NCBI GenBank assembly: GCA_051984675.1
Contig: JBPYFK010000039.1
Span: forward strand, 5,932-69,931
From: Pseudonocardiaceae bacterium
GTDB taxonomy: Bacteria > Actinomycetota > Actinomycetes > Mycobacteriales > Pseudonocardiaceae
Direction of reading: 5' to 3'
Length of the DNA stretch: 64,000 nucleotides
The stretch's first letter is position 1. Every line of letters starts with the position of its first letter. The translations under genes and the position numbers were made by a program. The notes beneath the pieces were generated by a model that was given only the letters and a program-made list of their open reading frames with translations, searched no databases and was not told where the DNA came from. This document shows positions 1-7,591 of this stretch, in pieces.

Positions 1-365
1 TGCCCGACAAGGTGAAAATCGTCCAGGCCAAGCGCCACACGAAACTCCTCAAGCGCCACCGCATAGTTCTCCAGCGTGTGTGGAGCACGCAGGGCGGCTG
101 ACGCTCCGTAGCCGGGAAGGTCTGGGGCGACGACGTTGGCTTCACGAAGTCCGAAGAGCATCTCCGCCAGACCCGCATGATCACCGCCGAGGCCGTGAAG
201 AACCACCACGCTGTCTAGGTGATCCGAGCCGGTATGCCAGTACGCCCACTCCCCAGCCCCCACCACCGAGTGCCGCGGAAACGCCGAGCCGGATATCGGC
301 GGACGAGCTAGGCTCGGAAAACTCGACACGGGACCTTCCTTCATGCTGGCAGCGACCGTGATCAT
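1..365 (-). CDS. alpha/beta-fold hydrolase, partial (3' end runs off the window)
   Basis: My translation of the minus strand from ATG at 365 gives MITVAASMKEGPVSSFPS...SVVVLHGLGGDHAGLAEMLFGLREANVVAPDLPGYGAS. It has the HG oxyanion box and the PGxG motif of alpha/beta hydrolases. It is absent from the ORF track because there is no stop in the window. Confidence 0.6.
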   Translation of the reverse strand, partial: MITVAASMKEGPVSSFPSLARPPISGSAFPRHSVVGAGEWAYWHTGSDHLDSVVVLHGLGGDHAGLAEMLFGLREANVVAPDLPGYGASAALRAPHTLENYAVALEEFRVALGLDDFHLVG

Positions 366-462
366 AGAAGGTCGGCTCCTGGTGCCCGCCGGCTCCTCCA
401 CCGCGGCGTGGCCGGTGTGCACGCGTGGCGACAGAACAGGTCACACGTGGGCCTGCATCAAA

Positions 463-484
463 CAGTGATTGATTCAGTGATTGA
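463..484. promoter_or_regulatory. tandem 10-bp direct repeat CAGTGATTGA (12-bp period), candidate operator in the hydrolase/TetR divergent region
   Basis: CAGTGATTGA occurs at 463-472 and again at 475-484. The patch is AT-rich in a GC-rich intergenic region upstream of the likely TetR start. Confidence 0.3.
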
Positions 485-515
485 ACTCGCCGCTTCGGAG
501 TGCTCTACTGAGATC

Positions 516-1133
516 GTGTCCACGAAGGTGACGGCTGGTGATCAGGTCGAGGCCAGTACGCGGCGTCGGTTGCTCGCGGCGGCCGAGCGGCTGTTGCTCG
601 AGGCTGGCTACGACAACGTGTCCGTGCGGGCGATCAACACCGCGGCAGCGATGAACCCGGCTGCGGTCCACTACCACTTCGGTTCGAAGGACGGGCTGGT
701 GTCGGCGCTGCTGGAGGAGCGTTTGGCGCCGCTGTGGCAGGACCAGCTCGCCAAGCTCGCCGACCGCCGGCAGCGAGGCTGGGTGCCGAGTGTGTCGGAG
801 CTGGTCGACGTGGTGCTGGCGCCGTTGGTCGATCTTGCGGCCGACCCGATCGGGAGGTTGCACCTGCACCTGTTGGCCCGGGTGGTGTTGGCTCGCAAGC
901 GACTGGTTTGGACATCGCGCTGGTTCGGTCTGGCGCCGTGGGTGGAGCTGCTGTGTGCCGCGCGGCCGGATCTGCCCGAGGCGGAGGCGCAGCGGCGATG
1001 GCGCTTGGCGTTCGGCCTCATCCTGCAGTCGTTCGGTGACCCGCTTGCGGACATCCCGCGCGTTGGACAGGTCGCGGTGGACACGCTGCGGGCTTTCGTT
1101 GTCGCCGGCCTGGACGCGCGGGAGCGTCTATGA
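516..1133 (+). CDS. TetR/AcrR family transcriptional regulator
   Basis: ORF track 408..1133. HTH signature RRRLLAAAERLLLEAGYDNVSVRAINTAAAMNPAAVHYHFGSKDGL. The start is uncertain (GTG 516 or 528). The stop overlaps the next start (ATGA at 1130-1133). Confidence 0.85.
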   Translation: MSTKVTAGDQVEASTRRRLLAAAERLLLEAGYDNVSVRAINTAAAMNPAAVHYHFGSKDGLVSALLEERLAPLWQDQLAKLADRRQRGWVPSVSELVDVVLAPLVDLAADPIGRLHLHLLARVVLARKRLVWTSRWFGLAPWVELLCAARPDLPEAEAQRRWRLAFGLILQSFGDPLADIPRVGQVAVDTLRAFVVAGLDARERL

Positions 1134-2305
1134 CGGTCCCGGACGTGTTCGCTCCCGCGCAGCTCGGCCCGGTGCGGTTGCGCAACCGGATCATCAAGGC
1201 GGCGACCTTCGAAGGAATGACGCCGGAAGGCCAGGTCACGGATCGACTTGTCGACTTCCATCTGCGTCCGGCGCGGGGTGGGGTCGGCATGACCACCCTC
1301 GCCTACTGCGCGGTGTCCCCCGAGGGCCGGACCGATCGCCACCAGATCTGGATGCGCCCTGAAGCCGTTCCCGGCTTGCGCCGGCTTACCGAAGCCATAC
1401 ATGCCGAAGGCGCGGCGGTAAGCGCGCAGCTCGGGCACGCCGGACCGGTCGCGAACGCCGCGTCGAACCGCGTGCCCGCCTTGGCGCCGAGCGCCCAGCT
1501 CAGCCCGCTGAGCATGCGGATCACGCGGGCGGCGAAGCTCGCGGACCTCGACCGCATCACTACTGCCCACGCGACAGCGGCGCGGCTGGCGCGGGAGTCC
1601 GGGTTCGATACGGTGGAAATCCATTTCGGACATAACTACCTGGTCAGCGCGTTCCTCAGTCCACGGTTGAATCGGCGCACCGACCGCTACGGCGGTTCGC
1701 TTCGCAACCGGGCCCGGCTGGCCCTGGACATCGCGCGTTCGGTCCGCGACGCGGTGGGCGACCGTATGGCGATCATCGCGAAGCTGAACATGGACGACGG
1801 CGTGCCGGGTGGTCTCTGGCTTGACGAGAGCCTCCAGGTGGGACAGTGGTTGGAATCCGACGGCTCGGTGGACGCGCTCGAACTGACCGCGGGCAGCTCT
1901 CTGCTCAACCCGATGTACCTGTTCACCGGAGACGCGCCGGTGCGGGAATTCGCCGCCGCGTTTCCCGCTCCGCAGCGCTGGGGAATCCAGGTCGCTGGTG
2001 GGGCGTTCCTGCGCCAGTATCCCTACCAGGAGGCGTATCTGCTGGACCGTGCCCGGCAGTTCCGCGCGGCGCTGGGAATGCCGCTGATCCTGCTCGGCGG
2101 CATCACCCACAAGCGGACCATGGATCTCGCCGCGGCCGAGGGTTTCTCGTTCGTCGCGATGGCCCGGGCGCTGCTGCGCGAGCCCGACCTGCTCCGGCGC
2201 ATCCAGTCTGCCCCGTCCACCCGTTCGTTGTGCGTGCACTGCAACAAGTGCATGCCGACGATCTATCGGGGAACCCACTGCGTACTCGCGCCAGAGCAAC
2301 ACTGA
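1130..2305 (+). CDS. NADH:flavin oxidoreductase, Old Yellow Enzyme family
   Basis: ORF track 391 aa. Motifs LRNRIIKAATFEGM, LAYCAVSPEGR, SAQLGHAG and EIHFGHNYL are typical of the OYE TIM barrel. Translationally coupled to the upstream TetR. Confidence 0.9.
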   Translation: MTVPDVFAPAQLGPVRLRNRIIKAATFEGMTPEGQVTDRLVDFHLRPARGGVGMTTLAYCAVSPEGRTDRHQIWMRPEAVPGLRRLTEAIHAEGAAVSAQLGHAGPVANAASNRVPALAPSAQLSPLSMRITRAAKLADLDRITTAHATAARLARESGFDTVEIHFGHNYLVSAFLSPRLNRRTDRYGGSLRNRARLALDIARSVRDAVGDRMAIIAKLNMDDGVPGGLWLDESLQVGQWLESDGSVDALELTAGSSLLNPMYLFTGDAPVREFAAAFPAPQRWGIQVAGGAFLRQYPYQEAYLLDRARQFRAALGMPLILLGGITHKRTMDLAAAEGFSFVAMARALLREPDLLRRIQSAPSTRSLCVHCNKCMPTIYRGTHCVLAPEQH

Positions 2306-2458
2306 ATCTCAGGAATGTCAGACATGTCGGTCCCGAGCCGGGACGGGAGCGACGGCGCGCGGGCGCGCTCTTGATGGCGGGTTGGCTGTCCTGACACCGG
2401 GTACTCCCTGGACAGGACGAAGAACGACAGATCAGCCCCGCCGATATGAGCGAGGTCG

Positions 2459-3457
2459 ATGATGCGCGATCCGCTTCGAGTGCTCGACGAGCACGAGAAG
2501 TCGATGATGCGCTCCTGGAGCGGCGGTGACTGGGCCGAGCCCACGCTGGCGACCTTGACGCACGAGCCGTTCTCGGACGCCGGCTGGGTGTACGAACGCA
2601 AGCTCGACGGGGTACGCGTGCTGGCTGGGCGCGACAACGACGATCCCGTGCTGTGGTCTCGCAACCACAAGCGTGTGAACGCCGCGTACCCGGAGGTCGC
2701 CGACGCGATGGCCGATCAGGAGGCAGGGCGCTTCCTGGCCGACGGCGAAATCGTCGCCTTCGAAGGCAGTCAAACGAGCTTCGCGCGGCTGCAACACCGC
2801 GTGCATCTGACGGACCCCGACGACGCACGGCGCAGCGGCGTTCCGATCTATTACTACCTGTTCGACCTGCTCGCCTACGAGGGAACCGACCTCACACGCT
2901 TACCCCTGCGGACACGTAAGCGGCTCTTGCGCGAATGCTTCAAGTTCGCTGATCCCCTGCGCTTCAGCACCCACCGCGAGGAAAAGGGCGAGGAGTACTA
3001 CCGGCAGGCCTGCGAGCGAGGTTGGGAAGGACTGATCGCCAAACGCGCAGACGCACCCTATCGCCATGGGCGCACGCGGGATTGGCTGAAGTTCAAGTGC
3101 GTCGCGGACCAGGAGTTCGTGGTGGGCGGGTTCACCGACCCGCACGGCCAGCGCCCCGGCTTCGGCGCGCTCCTCGTGGGCTACTTCCAGGGCCAGCGCT
3201 TGCGGTACGCGGGGAAGGTCGGGACGGGGTACGACGAGCAGACGTTGCAGGACCTCCGTGCACATCTGGACAGGCTGTCGCGTGATTCATCGCCGTTCGC
3301 TGAGGCGGTGCGCGAGCGTGGTGCGCACTGGGTCTCGCCGAAGTTGGTGGCGCAGATCGGTTTCACAGAATGGACCACGGACGGCAAGCTTCGTCACCCC
3401 CGGTTCCAGGGGCTGCGCACCGACAAGCGCGCCAGCGACGTCGTTCGAGAAGGATAG
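2459..3457 (+). CDS. ATP-dependent DNA ligase, ligase-only (LigC-like / LigD ligase-domain type)
   Basis: ORF track 332 aa. Adenylation motif I ERKLDGVR (KxDG), plus LIAKRADAPY, DWLKFK and the C-terminal HPRFQGLRTDK. The exact start within 2459-2510 is uncertain. Confidence 0.85.
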   Translation: MMRDPLRVLDEHEKSMMRSWSGGDWAEPTLATLTHEPFSDAGWVYERKLDGVRVLAGRDNDDPVLWSRNHKRVNAAYPEVADAMADQEAGRFLADGEIVAFEGSQTSFARLQHRVHLTDPDDARRSGVPIYYYLFDLLAYEGTDLTRLPLRTRKRLLRECFKFADPLRFSTHREEKGEEYYRQACERGWEGLIAKRADAPYRHGRTRDWLKFKCVADQEFVVGGFTDPHGQRPGFGALLVGYFQGQRLRYAGKVGTGYDEQTLQDLRAHLDRLSRDSSPFAEAVRERGAHWVSPKLVAQIGFTEWTTDGKLRHPRFQGLRTDKRASDVVREG

Positions 3458-3464
3458 GAGCAGC

Positions 3465-4367
3465 GTGGTGATGGCCGCGAACACCGAGACGTGGGAGATC
3501 GACGGCAGAGAGATCGAGGTGTCCAACAGGGACAAGCTGCTCTACCCCGATGAGGGTTACAGCAAGCGTGACATCGTCGAGTACTTCCGAACGGTCGAGC
3601 CGCGAATGGTGCCGCACTTACGCGGAAAACCCTTGGCACTGCGTCGGTTCCCGGACGGAATCAACGCGGAGGGCTTCTTCCAGAAGGAAGCGTCCGACTA
3701 CTTCCCCGACTGGGTACGTGTGGAGCCCATTCCGCAGGTCGGTTCCCGGAATCCGGTGCATCACGTCGTCTGTGACGACGCTGCTACCCTGGCATACCTG
3801 GCAACGCAGGCGTGTCTGGAGTTCCACGTCTTTTTGTCCACAATGGATGATCTGGATGCGCCCGTGGTCGCCGTCGTCGATCTTGATCCGTCCCCGAACG
3901 TGGAGCTGCCGGATCTGCGCAAGATCACCCAGGGCATGTGCGACCGGTTCAGTGCGGCGGGGCTGGTCCCCTACGTGCAGGCAACAGGCGGTAAGGGTTT
4001 CCACGTCGTCGCGCCCCTGACTGGGAACACGACCTTCGACGAGGTCCGCACCGCGATCCGGGACCTCGCGGAGACGGCCGTGCGGGCGAACCCGGACTGG
4101 CTGACCACGGAACACCGCAAGGACAAACGTGGCGACCGGGTCTTTCTGGACACCAACCGCAACGCCTACGGCCAAACGATGATCGCCCCGTACTCGCTAC
4201 GAGCCCGCCCTGGCGCCCCGGCGGCGACACCGTTGAACGTCTCCGAACTGCCCGGCGCGAAACCGAACGGGTACGGGTTGGGCAACATGCGTCGCCGACT
4301 GGCTCAGAAAAAGGACCCGTGGTCGGACTTGGCGCGAAGATCCACCACGCTGCACGCAGGCCGGTAA
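3465..4367 (+). CDS. stand-alone LigD-type primase-polymerase (AEP) domain protein, Prim-PolC-like
   Basis: Frame of ORF 3258..4367. The upstream part overlaps the ligase, so I chose GTG 3465 (or ATG 3471) just after aggataggag. Motifs VSNRDKLLYPDEGYSKRDIVEYF, GGKGFHVV and DTNRNAYGQT. Confidence 0.85.
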   Translation: MVMAANTETWEIDGREIEVSNRDKLLYPDEGYSKRDIVEYFRTVEPRMVPHLRGKPLALRRFPDGINAEGFFQKEASDYFPDWVRVEPIPQVGSRNPVHHVVCDDAATLAYLATQACLEFHVFLSTMDDLDAPVVAVVDLDPSPNVELPDLRKITQGMCDRFSAAGLVPYVQATGGKGFHVVAPLTGNTTFDEVRTAIRDLAETAVRANPDWLTTEHRKDKRGDRVFLDTNRNAYGQTMIAPYSLRARPGAPAATPLNVSELPGAKPNGYGLGNMRRRLAQKKDPWSDLARRSTTLHAGR

Positions 4368-4619
4368 CAGTGGTTCAGTGATTTTGTCCTGTCATTCTGA
4401 CAAGAATGAGGCCAGTAATCAACCGCCACGCCGGGTGCCACGGCCGTTACTCATGTGTCCAGTGAGGTACATGACGACAAAAGAACGAGCCTCACCGTGC
4501 GCTGCCGCTGGCCGCTTCGGGCCGTTCGCCCCTACGGAGAACAAGCCGGCAACGGGGAAGGTCATACGAGGGAGCAGCTTCCTTGCCTGCGGGCACTTCG
4601 ACGTGGAAGGACGACGGTC

Positions 4620-5060
4620 ATGGCACAAGCAGGGCACGGAGCGGTGCACTACCCGCGCCGGGCGGCTCGGGAATCGTGGGCCGGCGGGTTGGAGTTGTTC
4701 GCGGCGACGATGATGATCCTCATTGGCTTCTTTCACATCATCGTCGGTCTCGCCGCGGTTCTGCGGGGTTCGTACTACGTCGTCACGCCCAACTACGCCT
4801 TCACCATCAACCTCACGGCATGGGAGTGGGTCCACCTGATCCTGGGGCTGCTCGTGGGGCTCACCGGCCTGGCACTGATCGCGGCCCAGTCCTGGGCACG
4901 CGCTGTCGGCCTGATCATCGTGGGGCTCAGCGCGCTGGCGAACTTCCTGTTCCTCCCGTACCAGCCAGTGTGGTCGCTGCTGATCATCGCGGTTGACGTG
5001 GCGATCATCTGGGCTCTGGCCGTGAACCTGCGGGAGCTTCCCGACCGTACGGAAAGATAG
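4620..5060 (+). CDS. integral membrane protein (four hydrophobic segments; resembles the DUF7144-type family from memory)
   Basis: ORF track 4455..5060 with an in-frame ATG at 4620 (MAQAGHG...). Hydrophobic segments FAATMMILIGFFHIIVGLAAV, WVHLILGLLVGLTGLALI, AVGLIIVGLSALANFLFL and WSLLIIAVDVAIIWALAV. Confidence 0.6.
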   Translation: MAQAGHGAVHYPRRAARESWAGGLELFAATMMILIGFFHIIVGLAAVLRGSYYVVTPNYAFTINLTAWEWVHLILGLLVGLTGLALIAAQSWARAVGLIIVGLSALANFLFLPYQPVWSLLIIAVDVAIIWALAVNLRELPDRTER

Positions 5061-5174
5061 AAACGCACACCACGAGCCCCTCCCGTACCACGCCACCAGG
5101 ACAACGTGCGCATGCGCCGCAGGGAACCTGATGACGGGCGCGCACCTCGTGGGCGGGGGTCTTAGTCTGGCGTT

Positions 5175-7529
5175 ATGGCCGGCTCCCGTGTTGCCGAGCG
5201 GGTCGGCGTGCTGCCAGCCGACACGACGAACTTCCTTGGCCGCCGGCACGAACTCGGCGAGATCAAGCGGCTGCTGCCGGAGTCGCGGCTGGTCACGTTG
5301 ACCGGCCCGGGCGGCGTGGGCAAGACGCGACTGGCGCTGCGTGCGGCCCAGGAACTGCAGAGGGCGTTTCACCACCGCGTGTGGTTTGTCGAGCTGGCCG
5401 AGCTGCGGGATCCCGCGCTCCTGGCGAACACGGTCGCCGACCAGCTGGGTGTCGTGGACCAGTCGGGCCGCCCGGCGATCGAGGCGATCATGGACCACCT
5501 GCCGTCCGGGCCGGTGCTGCTGGTGTTGGACAACTGTGAACACCTGGTCGACGCGTGCGCGACGTTCGTGGACACACTCATCAGGGCCTGCCCCGAGGTG
5601 CGGGTGCTGGCCACAAGCCGCCAGTCGCTGGGCCTGCTGGCCGAGAGGCGCTACTTGGTGACGCCGTTGCCGGCGCCGGATCCGCAGCGACTCCGCTCGG
5701 TGCAACGTTTGACCCGGTATGCCTCGGTCCAGCTGTTCGTCGAGCGTGCGACGGCGGTGTATCCCGGGTTCACCCTCGATGAGACCACCGCGGACGCGGT
5801 CGCCCGCATCTGCCGCGATCTCGACGGCATCCCGCTGGCGATCGAGCTGGCGGCGGTGCGCCTGCGCAGCCTCTCGGTCGGGCAGATCGCCGAACGGCTC
5901 GGTGAGCGCTACCGACTGCTCAGCCACGGCGTGCAGCAGGCACCGGCCCGCCAGCGCACCCTTCAGGCGCTGATCGACTGGAGCTACGAGCTGTGCTCGC
6001 CCCAGGAGCGGCTGGCATGGGCGCGCGCCTCGGTGTTTTCCGGCAGCTTCGACCTCGACGCGGTCGAGTCCATCGCCAGCGGCGGCGACGTGGCGACTGA
6101 CGACATTCTCGATCTGGTGGACAGCCTGGTCGACAAGGCGGTCCTCCTGCGTGACGAGGGCGAGGACGGGGTGCGCTACCGGATGTTGGAAACGATCCGG
6201 GAGTACGGCGAAGCCAAGCTCGCCGCCCTCGACGAGCGCGACGTGGTGCGCCGGCGGCATCGGGACTGGTACGCGCAGCTGACCACCCAGTTCGCCGCCA
6301 AGTGGCACGGGCCGGACCAAATCGCGTGGGTGCGCCGGCTGCGCCGCGACCACGCGAACCTCCGCCTGGCACTGGAGTTCTGCTCCACCGAGCCGGGCGA
6401 GGCCACCGTGGGCTTGCGCATGGCCACCCAGATCGACGACTACTGGGGAATCCGCGGCCTGCACACCGAGGCCCGCCACTGGCTCGACCAGACCCTGCCG
6501 ACCGCCGGCCCCTCCCGTGAGCGCATCGCGGCCCTGCGCTTGGACGGCTGGTTCAGCCTGCTGCAAGGGGACATCGACCGGGGCACGACCCTGCTGGCCG
6601 AGGCCGTCGACCTCGCCGACCGGCTCGACGACAAGGTCGAGCGCGCCTACCTGATCCACGCCCAGGCCATGGCCCTGGTGTTCCTGGGGGATCTGGAGCA
6701 GGCCGCCACGATGTTCACCGACACGTTGGAACGGTTCCGCGCGGCCGGGGAACTGCGGGGTGAACTGTTCACGCTGTTCATGTTCGGGCTCACGGTCGGG
6801 GTCAAGGGCGATCGTGAACGTGGCTTGGCGCTGCTGGACGAGTGCCTGGAGATCACCTCCCGGCTCAGCGAGGAATTCTGGCGCTCCTATGCCCTGTGGT
6901 CCATCGCCTTTATCGAGGTGCTGCACGGGTCCGTGGAGCGCGCTGAGCAGGCGGGCAAGGACGCGCTGGGGCTCCAGCAGCCGATGGAGAACCTGCTCGC
7001 CTTGGCGTTCACCATCGACACCCTGGGCTGGATCGCCGAGTGCCGGGAGCGGCACGCCAGAGCGGCCACACTGTTCGGTGCCGCCGCGGCCGTGTGGTCT
7101 GCGATCGGGGCGTCACCCGACAACTACGTTCCCTTCGCCGACCCGCATCACGACCATCTCGACCGCGCCCGCAGCGCTCTCGGCGGCGATGACTTCCAGG
7201 CGGCCTTCGACCGTGGCCGTGAGATGTCCCTCGATGACGCGATCAGCTACGCGCTGGAGACCAAGCCGGAAGCCCAGTCTGCGCCGGCAGCGGCGGCAGC
7301 GCCGGCCGAAGCGCCAGCGAGCCCGCTCACCCGGCGGGAACGTCAGATCGCCGAACTCGTCGCCGAAGGTCTGAGCAACAGGGACATCGCCGCCCGACTC
7401 GTCATCGCCCAGCGGACCGCCGAGGCCCACGTCGAGAACATCCTGACCAAGCTCGGTTTCACCAGCCGCGCCCAGATCGCCGCCTGGATGGCAGAGACGC
7501 GGGAAGACACCGGGGACGACATCGAGTAG
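5175..7529 (+). CDS. large ATPase-TPR-LuxR family transcriptional regulator (paralog 1)
   Basis: ORF track 784 aa. Walker A LTGPGGVGKTRLAL, then LVLDNCEH, a helical-repeat middle region and a C-terminal LuxR HTH RRERQIAELVAEGLSNRDIAARLVIAQRTAEAHVENILTKLG. Confidence 0.9.
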   Translation: MAGSRVAERVGVLPADTTNFLGRRHELGEIKRLLPESRLVTLTGPGGVGKTRLALRAAQELQRAFHHRVWFVELAELRDPALLANTVADQLGVVDQSGRPAIEAIMDHLPSGPVLLVLDNCEHLVDACATFVDTLIRACPEVRVLATSRQSLGLLAERRYLVTPLPAPDPQRLRSVQRLTRYASVQLFVERATAVYPGFTLDETTADAVARICRDLDGIPLAIELAAVRLRSLSVGQIAERLGERYRLLSHGVQQAPARQRTLQALIDWSYELCSPQERLAWARASVFSGSFDLDAVESIASGGDVATDDILDLVDSLVDKAVLLRDEGEDGVRYRMLETIREYGEAKLAALDERDVVRRRHRDWYAQLTTQFAAKWHGPDQIAWVRRLRRDHANLRLALEFCSTEPGEATVGLRMATQIDDYWGIRGLHTEARHWLDQTLPTAGPSRERIAALRLDGWFSLLQGDIDRGTTLLAEAVDLADRLDDKVERAYLIHAQAMALVFLGDLEQAATMFTDTLERFRAAGELRGELFTLFMFGLTVGVKGDRERGLALLDECLEITSRLSEEFWRSYALWSIAFIEVLHGSVERAEQAGKDALGLQQPMENLLALAFTIDTLGWIAECRERHARAATLFGAAAAVWSAIGASPDNYVPFADPHHDHLDRARSALGGDDFQAAFDRGREMSLDDAISYALETKPEAQSAPAAAAAPAEAPASPLTRRERQIAELVAEGLSNRDIAARLVIAQRTAEAHVENILTKLGFTSRAQIAAWMAETREDTGDDIE

Positions 7530-7591
7530 TCCGGTCGCGTCAAGCGTGCCGTCACTCAGATGATCTTCCGGGCGAATGTTCACGCCTCGGT

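Noticed and set aside
671-2302. 543-aa ORF on the minus strand
   Set aside because: It is antisense to the TetR and OYE genes, which have clear family motifs. Its composition is that of a GC-rich shadow frame.
5108-5117. Perfect palindrome GCGCATGCGC upstream of LuxR paralog 1
   Set aside because: It is short and made of GC dinucleotides, so it is expected by chance in this composition. There is no flanking symmetry.
4419-7055. 878-aa ORF on the minus strand
   Set aside because: It is antisense to the well-supported membrane protein and LuxR paralog 1. The translation is Arg/Gly/Pro/Ala-rich low-complexity sequence with no motifs, typical of a shadow ORF in high-GC DNA.
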